A stretch of DNA of 64,000 nt from a virus: IMG/VR virus record IMGVR_UViG_3300026613_000033, positions 505 through 64,504 of that record; one strand, 5' to 3'. A program made the translations under genes and the position numbers. Shown here one piece after another: positions 18,295-27,205 of the stretch. Numbering within the stretch: position 1 is the first letter of the stretch; each line of letters opens with the position of its first letter. The notes beneath the pieces were generated by a model. It was given only the letters and a program-made list of their open reading frames with translations, searched no databases and was not told the DNA's origin.

Positions 18295-21213
18295 TTATGC
18301 CTCCGTCGCACCGCCCACCGTGAATGTACCATCAAGTCGGGATACGAATGTTGCCATTGCGTGTTGACCGCGTGTTCTTACATGTGAATCGACATTGTTT
18401 ACAGTGGCTGTACCACCCCAAACAATCTTACCATCACCCGATTGTATTACTGTGAAAGAGAAGTTATCTCCTAGTCCAGTATTTATGGTCAATGTTATGG
18501 TTGAATTATTATTGAATTCGATTGTTTTACCATTATCCGCAGCATCTACTGTATAAGTCGTGCCTGTCTCAAGAACAACGTCTGTTGATGCGCTACCGCC
18601 ACCCGTTATAATCCACCAACGTGAACTATTACCTGATAGGTATGCATTACGAACAAACTTGATTGTTTGACCTTTCGGCGCTTCATAAACGGTTGTACCA
18701 ATATCAACACCGTTGACGATGAAGTTACCAGATTGTGACGTGAAAGTTACATCAGCGGGTCTACCCGTAACGATGAATTCAACGTATGGTAATTTGTCAT
18801 CACCTGATTGTGGCGTGTCAGTCGGAAGGTTATAATTAATCGTTCCACTATCGGTCTTAACACGAACATGGTAACGTTTGTCAACTTCAATCGTCGTAGA
18901 ACCCGCTTGGCCTGAATCTAAGTAAGTGAAAAGGTCAACCGCTTGGTCACGCATGTCAACAGTATCGGTGAATGTAGAAACACCAGAAATGTTGGTTTCG
19001 CCTAAGTTAGTGATAGTCGAAGTAAAGTCTTGCGTTGTACCGTTAAATGTGTTATCACCCGTGAAGATGTTATCACCATTTAATGTCCATACACCGTCGA
19101 TAGTCCAATCAGAAGTAATCGTCCTAGCTTGGTCAATCTCTTCACCTTCTTCATCACGGAAGAATAAAGAACCGTCGCCGTCGGTGTAAAGTAATTGACC
19201 TGCATTACCATCGGCATTAGGCATCTTGAAGCCTTGTATCCATAGGTTGCCGCCGTTACCCGCCGTTACCTCGAAGTCACCACCCGCTTGAAGAACAAGT
19301 GTTGAACCTGCGTCATCAACGATATTGAACTCACCGCCGTTATTTGCATTGACGTTCATTACAGTATCAACTTCAACCGATGTCGTCATACCGAACGTCG
19401 CTGTCGTTCCTCTGAAATCAATGCTGTCTAAATCGTCAGTTGCACCTATACGAATATTACGATTAAAACGCGCTACGAAAATACTACCATTACCAATATC
19501 AATTGTGCTTGATGTTGAACAGTTAAGTACCGAACTGAATGAATTAATTTCCAAGTAACCCGTTGAATTATTAGTACCAATCGTCACAGTTGGTGACATT
19601 GTGGTAGTTGTGCCAGTGATGTTCACATTACCAGACATATTCACTGTTGAGTTGAAGTTGTTGGTATTAGTGAATGTGTTCTCATCGGCCAATACAGCAA
19701 CGCCAGTTGGTACACTAGAAGCAACTAAGTCATCAACGTATAATTTTGTCGTCGGGTGCGAATTAGTCGTCGGTGTTCCAATTAATACTTCAACGGCAGT
19801 GAAATTATTCGTACCGCTTGTGTACGTGTTGCTTTGATTAATGAAGGCAACGTCCGTCGGTGATGAATTATCAACATATTCTTTAGTGGCGGGTGCATTA
19901 TTCGCGCTACCACCTGTGATAGACGGAACCGTCACGTCAGAGCCTGTAAGGTCTAATGTGCCAGTGTGAGTATCACTACCAGAAAATGTATTATCGCCTG
20001 TGAAGGTGTTATTGCCTGTGAAGGCGTTATTGCCGGGCTGTGTGGCAACTACTATACCGCTATCGTCAATGATTACATTGTTGATGACCGTTGTTTCGCC
20101 TTTTTCGATAATAGCCCAACCAGTTGAACCACCAACGAATACCAATTCGATAGCCATACCGATTTGGTTCATTTCAATGTCTTCAGTCTCGCCATTGATT
20201 GTTTCACCATTACGCAAAATGGTCACTGGGTTAGTTGCGTATGTTGGCTCTAATGGTGCAATCTGAACAATGTAACCATCGATTGGCGATAGTGGTAAAA
20301 TGACATCAAAAGCGCCACCTGTACTATCGGCTAAAATACGGTCTGCATTACTAAGTTGATAACCCGCGCCTGCGTCAGCCGTGGTAACAACTACCCATTC
20401 ATTTAAAACTGTGTCTTCATTTACTATGCGCCACGCATGTTCTTCGCCGACATGGTTAGCGTCTATGTTTGTTACACGAATGGCACCTTGCGAATATACT
20501 ACGGTGACATTGTGTGAGTGTCCTTCATTCGTACTTGATGCAACAACAATCGATGGTGTTGTTTCGTCAATTAATGCAATCAAGTTATCAACCGTTACCG
20601 CCACTGCGTGTGTATGCGATGGCGTACCACCCGCTGTCAATTCAATAAGTACAGAAGCGCCGTCGGTTGTGATATTGTTTATTAATGCGGCATCGCCATA
20701 ATCAACGACTACCCAACCAACCGTCGGGTCGATGTAGTACATTTCAATGGATTTGCCAACTTGGTCAACGATTAAATCTGTCGCTGAACCCATGATGTTT
20801 TCACCACCCGCTGTAGAAATAGTCAGCGGATTAGTGTCGTAAGTTGGATTCAAAGGTATAAATGCAAAACGCATACCTTGACCAGTCGGTGTAGGTAAAG
20901 TTACCTCAACTGGATTTGTGGTTGTGTCAACAACATATTCCGTTTCAACGGAAGGTGTTTGGTCAGTAGAAATCACCACCCAATCTGGGTCAACTACTCC
21001 CGCCTTTTCCCAAGACGTAGGTGTAGCTCCCTTCTTCTCGTAACGGGTGCTATCAACGATGTCGATATAATACGAACCGAGCGTTGCGTTATTTACACTA
21101 GGGTCAGATGATGAATTAGGTTCACCGCTACCCTTTAACGTAATTTGTCGGTTTGCGAATTCGACGTTATTACTTTCAACATGATTATCAAATAGTAAGT
21201 CTGAAACTGCCAT
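18295..21213 (-). CDS. Tail fibre (972 aa): N-terminal anchor A, two gp9/gp10-like domains, HxH segment, tip domain Y
   Basis: N-terminus nearly identical to ORF 21318..23273; duplicated unit (YVVDTT...VTLP...TNPLTI...G.W) occurs twice; NxFTG repeats; TK.YVD motifs. Confidence 0.8.
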   Translation of the reverse strand: MAVSDLLFDNHVESNNVEFANRQITLKGSGEPNSSSDPSVNNATLGSYYIDIVDSTRYEKKGATPTSWEKAGVVDPDWVVISTDQTPSVETEYVVDTTTNPVEVTLPTPTGQGMRFAFIPLNPTYDTNPLTISTAGGENIMGSATDLIVDQVGKSIEMYYIDPTVGWVVVDYGDAALINNITTDGASVLIELTAGGTPSHTHAVAVTVDNLIALIDETTPSIVVASSTNEGHSHNVTVVYSQGAIRVTNIDANHVGEEHAWRIVNEDTVLNEWVVVTTADAGAGYQLSNADRILADSTGGAFDVILPLSPIDGYIVQIAPLEPTYATNPVTILRNGETINGETEDIEMNQIGMAIELVFVGGSTGWAIIEKGETTVINNVIIDDSGIVVATQPGNNAFTGNNTFTGDNTFSGSDTHTGTLDLTGSDVTVPSITGGSANNAPATKEYVDNSSPTDVAFINQSNTYTSGTNNFTAVEVLIGTPTTNSHPTTKLYVDDLVASSVPTGVAVLADENTFTNTNNFNSTVNMSGNVNITGTTTTMSPTVTIGTNNSTGYLEINSFSSVLNCSTSSTIDIGNGSIFVARFNRNIRIGATDDLDSIDFRGTTATFGMTTSVEVDTVMNVNANNGGEFNIVDDAGSTLVLQAGGDFEVTAGNGGNLWIQGFKMPNADGNAGQLLYTDGDGSLFFRDEEGEEIDQARTITSDWTIDGVWTLNGDNIFTGDNTFNGTTQDFTSTITNLGETNISGVSTFTDTVDMRDQAVDLFTYLDSGQAGSTTIEVDKRYHVRVKTDSGTINYNLPTDTPQSGDDKLPYVEFIVTGRPADVTFTSQSGNFIVNGVDIGTTVYEAPKGQTIKFVRNAYLSGNSSRWWIITGGGSASTDVVLETGTTYTVDAADNGKTIEFNNNSTITLTINTGLGDNFSFTVIQSGDGKIVWGGTATVNNVDSHVRTRGQHAMATFVSRLDGTFTVGGATEA

Positions 21214-21270
21214 TAGATGATTCCCTTAGATGTATAACAAAGCGTTATACTTAAACTGTATCTTTACTCA

Positions 21271-21307
21271 CTTATATTTATGGCGCTCCGAAGAGCGCCA
21301 ATATAAG
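21271..21307 (-). terminator. C(UUCG)G hairpin (terminator or stabiliser) overlapping a late promoter
   Basis: Minus strand GGCGCTC-TTCG-GAGCGCC, extendable with a 3-nt bulge; CATAAATA at 21275..21282 lies in its 3' arm; no clean U tract. Confidence 0.6.
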
Positions 21308-21317
21308 TTTTAGTAGA

Positions 21318-23273
21318 TTAAACTACTAAATATTCGACAACTACTACGCCGCCGCCTTGAGTAGAACCGTCTGGCACAATGTCAATTTCTAATTGACGGT
21401 CGCCATCGATAGTCCACGCAAGTTCATTAGCGTATGTGCCTACAGTCGTAGGGTCATTCAAAGCTGTTGTTTGAACAGCGTCAGATGAAAGCGTCGTACC
21501 AATTGTTAAAGTTGGTGCGGTGCCGTCAAACGCCGTGGTGATTACGATTTTACTAGAAAGTACAATTGCACCAACTGGTAAAATGTCACCAATGTCAAGC
21601 GTACCATCAGTATGTGTGAACGTTGCAGTAACGCCGTCCATACCTGTAGAAGCAGCTTGTGCCGCGTCAACGTATGCTTTAACAGAGCTTGAAGTAGGAA
21701 CCTTATCTGTAGAACCAGTTACAACGTCTTCTGTTTGAACTTGTAATGCACCATTATCAAAACCTAAGAATGATGAATTACCAACAGAGTCAACGCGGTC
21801 AACTAGTGTCGATGTTGTTGTATCAGTATTGAAGATGTCGTCAGCGAAGAAGAAGAAATCACTCTCGCCTGCGCCATTTCTTTCAATGGTGCCACCAACA
21901 GCCGTCATACGGAATGCCCAAGTGTCAGTCGTGTCATCAACAGTCGCAACTTCGAAACGCCAGATGTCGCCATTGCCGTCCGTGATTTGCATTATGTCGC
22001 CAACAATTGGTTCAGGTGATAGAGCGATAGTAGAACCACCAGACTGAGCCGATACACGAATGATTGAACCCGCTGATTCAGATGAAACACCAGAAGAGTT
22101 ACTATCAGAAGTAACTGTGATGTCTGTCGTAACAACTTCTTCAGATACAGCAACTTGGAAAACCACTTTACCCGCATCAGTATTTGTTACAACACCGTCA
22201 CCACCTTCGAAGTCGATAGTAGAGTCAGCACCGTAAAGGCCAGTAGGACCTGCGTCGGCATTAACGTTTAAAATCGTACCAGTGATTTTATCAGAATTAA
22301 CACTGTCGATTTTGTCGTTTGTTACCGCGTCGTTTACGATTTGGTCAGTGTCAACAGCATTGTCCGCAATCTTATCGTTTGTCACCGCGTCGTTTGCTAA
22401 TTTAGCAGTAGTGATACTACCGTCAGCAACCGCCGAAGCTTCTTCTTTAAGAGTGTACGTTATCGCATCGGTATCAATCGCAGGGTCGTCATCACCTGTG
22501 TATGCATATACACGGCCTGCGCCCAAAGAACCACTTGAAACAGAAACAGTTTTGTTCGTTTTGAATTCACTGTCTTCGTCAGCGTCTAATGCACGAACCC
22601 ATGAACCTGCTTTCGCTAAGTAGATACCGTTTTCTAAGTCAGAACTACCTGATTGGTTGATTAAAAGTACACGGTCGTCGTTAAGTAACGTTTCGCCGTC
22701 GATTGTAAGTAAACCACCAGTTGAAATGTCGATTTCAGCTTCAGAAACAACTTTTACAGATGTCCAGAATGCACCAACACCCGCTGTCTTGAAGTCAACG
22801 TAAGACTTAACAGATTGTTGCGTAGGAACTTGTGTATCGGAATCCGAAACTAAGTCGTCTTCGTCAACAACCCATGAAGAACCTGAGACATCAGTCTGGT
22901 TGTTCATAGTCGCGCCTGCCGCCGCTACATTGATAGAATCAGTAACGTCAGCTAAAGGCTCGATGCCTGATAACTTGGCCACGTCTGCGTCAGTGAAAGC
23001 ATTGGTATCAGCATTACTTTCGTATAGAGATTTAATCTCAGCAGGCGTAAGGTCTGTTGTCATTTCACGCCAGTCAGCATTAGTAGGACCAATCCTTTCA
23101 AAACGAGCATAGTCGTCAAGGTTTAGGTATACCGTGCCTATTGGCGTATTGATTACACCGTCGTCAGTAGATAGATTCGGTAAGCCAGAACCTTTTAAAA
23201 GAATCTGGCGGTTCGCGAATTCTACGTTATTACTTTCAACGTGGTTATTAAATAGAGTATCAGAAACAGACAT
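21318..23273 (-). CDS. Fibre-like virion protein (651 aa): anchor A, shared ADTNAFTD module, DRVL..NQ module, C-terminal domain X
   Basis: Motifs TIDGETLLNDDRVLLINQ...ENGIY...W.RA.DAD and repeated ITTAKLA/VTNDKIA; C-terminus is homologous to ORFs 1177 and 26211. Confidence 0.8.
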   Translation of the reverse strand: MSVSDTLFNNHVESNNVEFANRQILLKGSGLPNLSTDDGVINTPIGTVYLNLDDYARFERIGPTNADWREMTTDLTPAEIKSLYESNADTNAFTDADVAKLSGIEPLADVTDSINVAAAGATMNNQTDVSGSSWVVDEDDLVSDSDTQVPTQQSVKSYVDFKTAGVGAFWTSVKVVSEAEIDISTGGLLTIDGETLLNDDRVLLINQSGSSDLENGIYLAKAGSWVRALDADEDSEFKTNKTVSVSSGSLGAGRVYAYTGDDDPAIDTDAITYTLKEEASAVADGSITTAKLANDAVTNDKIADNAVDTDQIVNDAVTNDKIDSVNSDKITGTILNVNADAGPTGLYGADSTIDFEGGDGVVTNTDAGKVVFQVAVSEEVVTTDITVTSDSNSSGVSSESAGSIIRVSAQSGGSTIALSPEPIVGDIMQITDGNGDIWRFEVATVDDTTDTWAFRMTAVGGTIERNGAGESDFFFFADDIFNTDTTTSTLVDRVDSVGNSSFLGFDNGALQVQTEDVVTGSTDKVPTSSSVKAYVDAAQAASTGMDGVTATFTHTDGTLDIGDILPVGAIVLSSKIVITTAFDGTAPTLTIGTTLSSDAVQTTALNDPTTVGTYANELAWTIDGDRQLEIDIVPDGSTQGGGVVVVEYLVV

Positions 23274-26179
23274 TATACAGTCTCCTCAATTACTAGCTCA
23301 TATGTACCTGCGGTGAAGTTACCAACGCCGATATTCCAGTCTAGGTTAAAGAAGTAACGACCAGTCGCATCGAAGTCTAATGTTTCAGGAACATTTGAAT
23401 CAACGATGGTGTAACCGTATTGAACAGATGTTGAAGGTGCGCTTGGGAATGAACCCCAACCACCAGAAGTGCCGTCATTGGTTAATGCTTCTTGTGTACT
23501 AGCAAAACCGTTTAGGTCTAAGGATGGGCCATCTGTGTAGGTTAATGTCGTTTCAGTTGGGTAGTTTGGTGAGTTATCGTTTGTGATAACAACTACTTTA
23601 CTGTCGTCAACAACAGTTGTACCGATGTCGGCAATCCAACGTGGCGGTGAACTGATTGAGAAAGTAACAGCACGAGCAACGAAGCCACCAACAACATAGT
23701 TTTCATCACCAGAAGCGATAGTATTAACAGGGATACCTGCCAAGTTAGTCACACCAGAAGCAGCACTAAATGTTGCAGCACCTTGAGGTGAGTTTGCAGG
23801 GTTTTCGTCAATCTCTAAGTTACGAGTTAAACGACCTTGCGTACCGTTGTTATTGTAAGACCATGAAGCGCCTTGCCATGTACCAGATGAAGCAGTTAAG
23901 TCAAAACCACCGTCGATTAAACGCTGTGAACAATCCACTTGAATTAGGTGATTCTCACCTGTAGGTGCTGAACGTAAACGAGCCGCAGGTACAGAGATTG
24001 TCAATTCAGGTGTTGTGTTAGCGATGAATACGATGTCTGTGTCACTACCAGTACGACCATTTTCTGTACGAGTAACATCAACCTGAACGTTTGCAGAGCT
24101 AATGTTGTAACCGCCAGAAGCGTAAGTCGCTGTACGTGTTGCTTCAGTACCATCAAGGTCATCTAATGTAACTTGGCTTAATGGTGTAGACCATGTTGCT
24201 GTACCAGAGATACCTGAGTTACCGATGTTGGTAGAGAAGTTTACAGTCGCTGATTCGCCAGACTTGATAGCTTGTTGTGAAGCAGGGTAGCCTGAAATAG
24301 AAATCGAAGCAGAAGGTGCAACGTTATCACAGATTACTGTGTGTACTTCATCAGTAGAACCGAAGTCAGTTGAGTTAGCGTAATCGCCAGTGAAGTTGTT
24401 GTCGTCAGTAGCACGAGCCGAAATACTACGCGCAGTAGTGTTTACAGTGTTGTGGTTCTGAGTAGTAGCTGTAATAGTGTAGTCGTAACCACCACCATTA
24501 AAGTTACCGCCATTTTGACCAGAAACGTTAAATGTACCGTCTGCAACAGCGTTGTCGTTTGAAGATTGACCGTCATTCAATTCAATCGTTTCAACTTCAA
24601 CGTCAGTTTCGATGTGAACAGTTACACTTACGCCACCCGCTAAACGAGATGAACCAGAAGCCGCATTTTCGTATACGTTACCTACGCCGTCGAATTCGAT
24701 TTTTTGGATGACTGGGCCTGCGCCTACGGTTAATGTAGTAGTTGCAACGTCGCCGTCTTGGTGAGTAGCTTGAATCAAACCATCTGTCGCACCAATTAAA
24801 TCAGCCGTACCAACCCAATAACCGTTGGTTAATGTGAAGTTAGAAACTGGAACAGAAGCACCTAAACCAACCGCGTCAACAGTAGCTGTAGGGATAAAGC
24901 CAGTAGAACCACCTAATGCAGTAACTTCAACACGGATGTCATTCGTATCAGAGAAGATAGAAGTAACTTCGCCGTTTGTGATAGTTGGGTTTACAACTTC
25001 ACCGCCGTTGATGTTTGTCGCATTAGTGATAAAGATTTGCTGAACAGAACCAGAAGCCGCTGCGTCAACGTATGCTTTAACAGATTGCTGTGTTGGAACC
25101 AATTGGTCTGAATCAGAAGCCATGTTGTCTTCATCAACAACCCAACCCGCCGCACTTACGTCGGTATCAACATACATGGTTGCACCCGCCGCACTTACGT
25201 TATCTGAATCAGTAACGTCAGCTAAAGCTTCAATGCCGTCTAACTTAGCTTCATCAGCGTCTGTGAATGCATTGGTGTCAGCATTGTTTTCGTATGCAAT
25301 TTTGATTTCAGCGTCGGTCATATCCGCCGTAGCGCCTGCCTCAATACCTGCTAACTTATCAATGTCAGCTTGAGTAGTCCACTTGTTTGTTTGACCTGTG
25401 TCTGAGATGTCGTCAGTCTCAAGTACAACTGTACCAGTTTGACCGTTTACAGATTCAACTGGTGATGTGATTTTAGCAAACTGTACGAATGTAAGTGGTG
25501 TAGTACCAACTACAATCGGGTTTGGTGTGGTTAAAATCCATGCTGTGCTATCATTGGCTGTACCGTCGATAACAACAGTGTACATACCTTGACTAACTTC
25601 GCCTTGTGGATTACCGTCAGCGTCTTCCGCTCGTGACCATACACCAGAATCAACAACCCAAATACCATTTTCTTCTGGGTTAGTGTCTTGGTTTTTAACA
25701 AGAACACGGTCGCCTGCAACAAGTGCAACACCGTCAATTGTTTGTGTACCAGAAAGAGTGATGTCCGTTTCATTTGTAGTAGTAGCTGCATTACACGCCG
25801 CTTTTGGTTGAAGACCTGCGATTGCATTATCAACGTAAGCTTTGGTTGCCGCGTCAGTGTCAGCAGTTGGTGTATCAGTAATCTCAATGCTAGAGAATTT
25901 TGCTGTACCATCTGCGTTTACAAATGCCGTTTCTGAATCGCCAGTATCTTTGAAAGATATAAGGCGGTCAGTGTCTGACATACCTGCGCCAGTAGCAGAG
26001 TAAATTACTTCACCGCTAGTGGAATCAATGATAATAGGCGCTCCATTATCGTAAGCCATTTGCAACGTAATCGGATTGCCGTCTATTTCAAACGTACCAC
26101 CGTTGTCGCTAATGACTAAGCCGCCTTTACCTAATTGTAAAAGACCGCTTACGCCATCTATATCGAATCTTTTAGTCAT
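23273..26179 (-). CDS. Fibre / virion structural protein (968 aa)
   Basis: DAATKAYVD; GTQTIDGVALVAGDRVLVKNQ...ENGIWVV...W.RAEDADG; KLAGIEAGA; C-terminal ~590 aa are paralogous to ORF 28959..31229. Confidence 0.8.
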   Translation of the reverse strand: MTKRFDIDGVSGLLQLGKGGLVISDNGGTFEIDGNPITLQMAYDNGAPIIIDSTSGEVIYSATGAGMSDTDRLISFKDTGDSETAFVNADGTAKFSSIEITDTPTADTDAATKAYVDNAIAGLQPKAACNAATTTNETDITLSGTQTIDGVALVAGDRVLVKNQDTNPEENGIWVVDSGVWSRAEDADGNPQGEVSQGMYTVVIDGTANDSTAWILTTPNPIVVGTTPLTFVQFAKITSPVESVNGQTGTVVLETDDISDTGQTNKWTTQADIDKLAGIEAGATADMTDAEIKIAYENNADTNAFTDADEAKLDGIEALADVTDSDNVSAAGATMYVDTDVSAAGWVVDEDNMASDSDQLVPTQQSVKAYVDAAASGSVQQIFITNATNINGGEVVNPTITNGEVTSIFSDTNDIRVEVTALGGSTGFIPTATVDAVGLGASVPVSNFTLTNGYWVGTADLIGATDGLIQATHQDGDVATTTLTVGAGPVIQKIEFDGVGNVYENAASGSSRLAGGVSVTVHIETDVEVETIELNDGQSSNDNAVADGTFNVSGQNGGNFNGGGYDYTITATTQNHNTVNTTARSISARATDDNNFTGDYANSTDFGSTDEVHTVICDNVAPSASISISGYPASQQAIKSGESATVNFSTNIGNSGISGTATWSTPLSQVTLDDLDGTEATRTATYASGGYNISSANVQVDVTRTENGRTGSDTDIVFIANTTPELTISVPAARLRSAPTGENHLIQVDCSQRLIDGGFDLTASSGTWQGASWSYNNNGTQGRLTRNLEIDENPANSPQGAATFSAASGVTNLAGIPVNTIASGDENYVVGGFVARAVTFSISSPPRWIADIGTTVVDDSKVVVITNDNSPNYPTETTLTYTDGPSLDLNGFASTQEALTNDGTSGGWGSFPSAPSTSVQYGYTIVDSNVPETLDFDATGRYFFNLDWNIGVGNFTAGTYELVIEETV

Positions 26180-26210
26180 AGTTTAATACCTTTATTGAGT
26201 TAAAAGAAGT

Positions 26211-27200
26211 TTAAATGAAATATTCAACTAAAATCGTACCTGAACCCTGAGTTACCCCAGTGCCCAAAGAAATTTCAGCCGTAATTTGTCGTTCGGTGAC
26301 ATTAGAACCAGTCTTTAACATCAGCGCATTCTCATAAATACCGCTAACTTCCGCCTCAACAAGGTCTGAAGTCATAATGATTGTGCCGTTTGCCTGTGTA
26401 CCAATCTCAATAGTTGTTTCTGTTGAACCGTCGAATGCGTCATCTATTTGTACCTTCGCACTAAAGATGTAAGCATTTTCTGGTATGGTGCCACCAATTA
26501 AAAATGGCGCACCCGCATCAGCGAATGTAAAATCATAAGAACGTCCTAAAACATTCTCAGTGACCGCACCGCCACCAGTAACAATTTCCCATGCATTATC
26601 TCTACGTCCATATATGTTGCCGTCAGATGGTGCATCTTGGATACCCAACTGAGTCGTGTCCAAGTCAGTGAACTGCGTATTGGCAACAGCCGTTATCGCA
26701 GCGTTGACTTTGTATATAGAGCCTTCATGTGTGATGATGTCATCTAAGCTATACGACGTATTTATTGCATAGCCTTTGATACCACCACCGATTTCGTAAG
26801 TCTCAACATCGCTGAACTGTGTGTTGTTCGCCGCAATGATGCTACTCACTACAGTGTAGATATAACCGCCATTAGCTAGTAAGTCACCGACACCGTAATC
26901 TGTTCCCGCCGCATATGGTTGTACCGCACCACCTACGCCGCCGCCACCGCCAATATCAACGGTAGTCCAATCTGAATCCAAGATACCATCTTCCAGTGTC
27001 CAAACTGTCTGTGTATCTATTTGATAAACCCACATCCCTTCTTCACGACGTGCATCAGTAATAGCAAGTCGCGCAGCCGCATCAGCCACCGCACGGAAAC
27101 CGCCTTTACCATATTCGGTAAAATGCGTTGGGTACTTATCTAAAGTATCCGTAGGCGAAATCGGTGATGTGAATTTAATTGTGTTTTCTATAGCCGCCAT
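26211..27200 (-). CDS. Virion protein: YPTH-type N-domain, two CBM5/12-like repeats, foldon-like motif, C-terminal domain X
   Basis: YPTHFTEYGKGGFR...RREEGMWVY; repeats Y..G..Y..GD.....G.IY.V; DAPSDGNIYGRRDNAW. Confidence 0.7.
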   Translation of the reverse strand: MAAIENTIKFTSPISPTDTLDKYPTHFTEYGKGGFRAVADAAARLAITDARREEGMWVYQIDTQTVWTLEDGILDSDWTTVDIGGGGGVGGAVQPYAAGTDYGVGDLLANGGYIYTVVSSIIAANNTQFSDVETYEIGGGIKGYAINTSYSLDDIITHEGSIYKVNAAITAVANTQFTDLDTTQLGIQDAPSDGNIYGRRDNAWEIVTGGGAVTENVLGRSYDFTFADAGAPFLIGGTIPENAYIFSAKVQIDDAFDGSTETTIEIGTQANGTIIMTSDLVEAEVSGIYENALMLKTGSNVTERQITAEISLGTGVTQGSGTILVEYFI

Positions 27201-27205
27201 GCCTA

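Noticed and set aside
17479-18387. 302-aa plus-strand ORF and the many other plus-strand ORFs over structural genes
   Set aside because: They are antisense shadows of well-supported minus-strand genes, without RBS or recognisable motifs.
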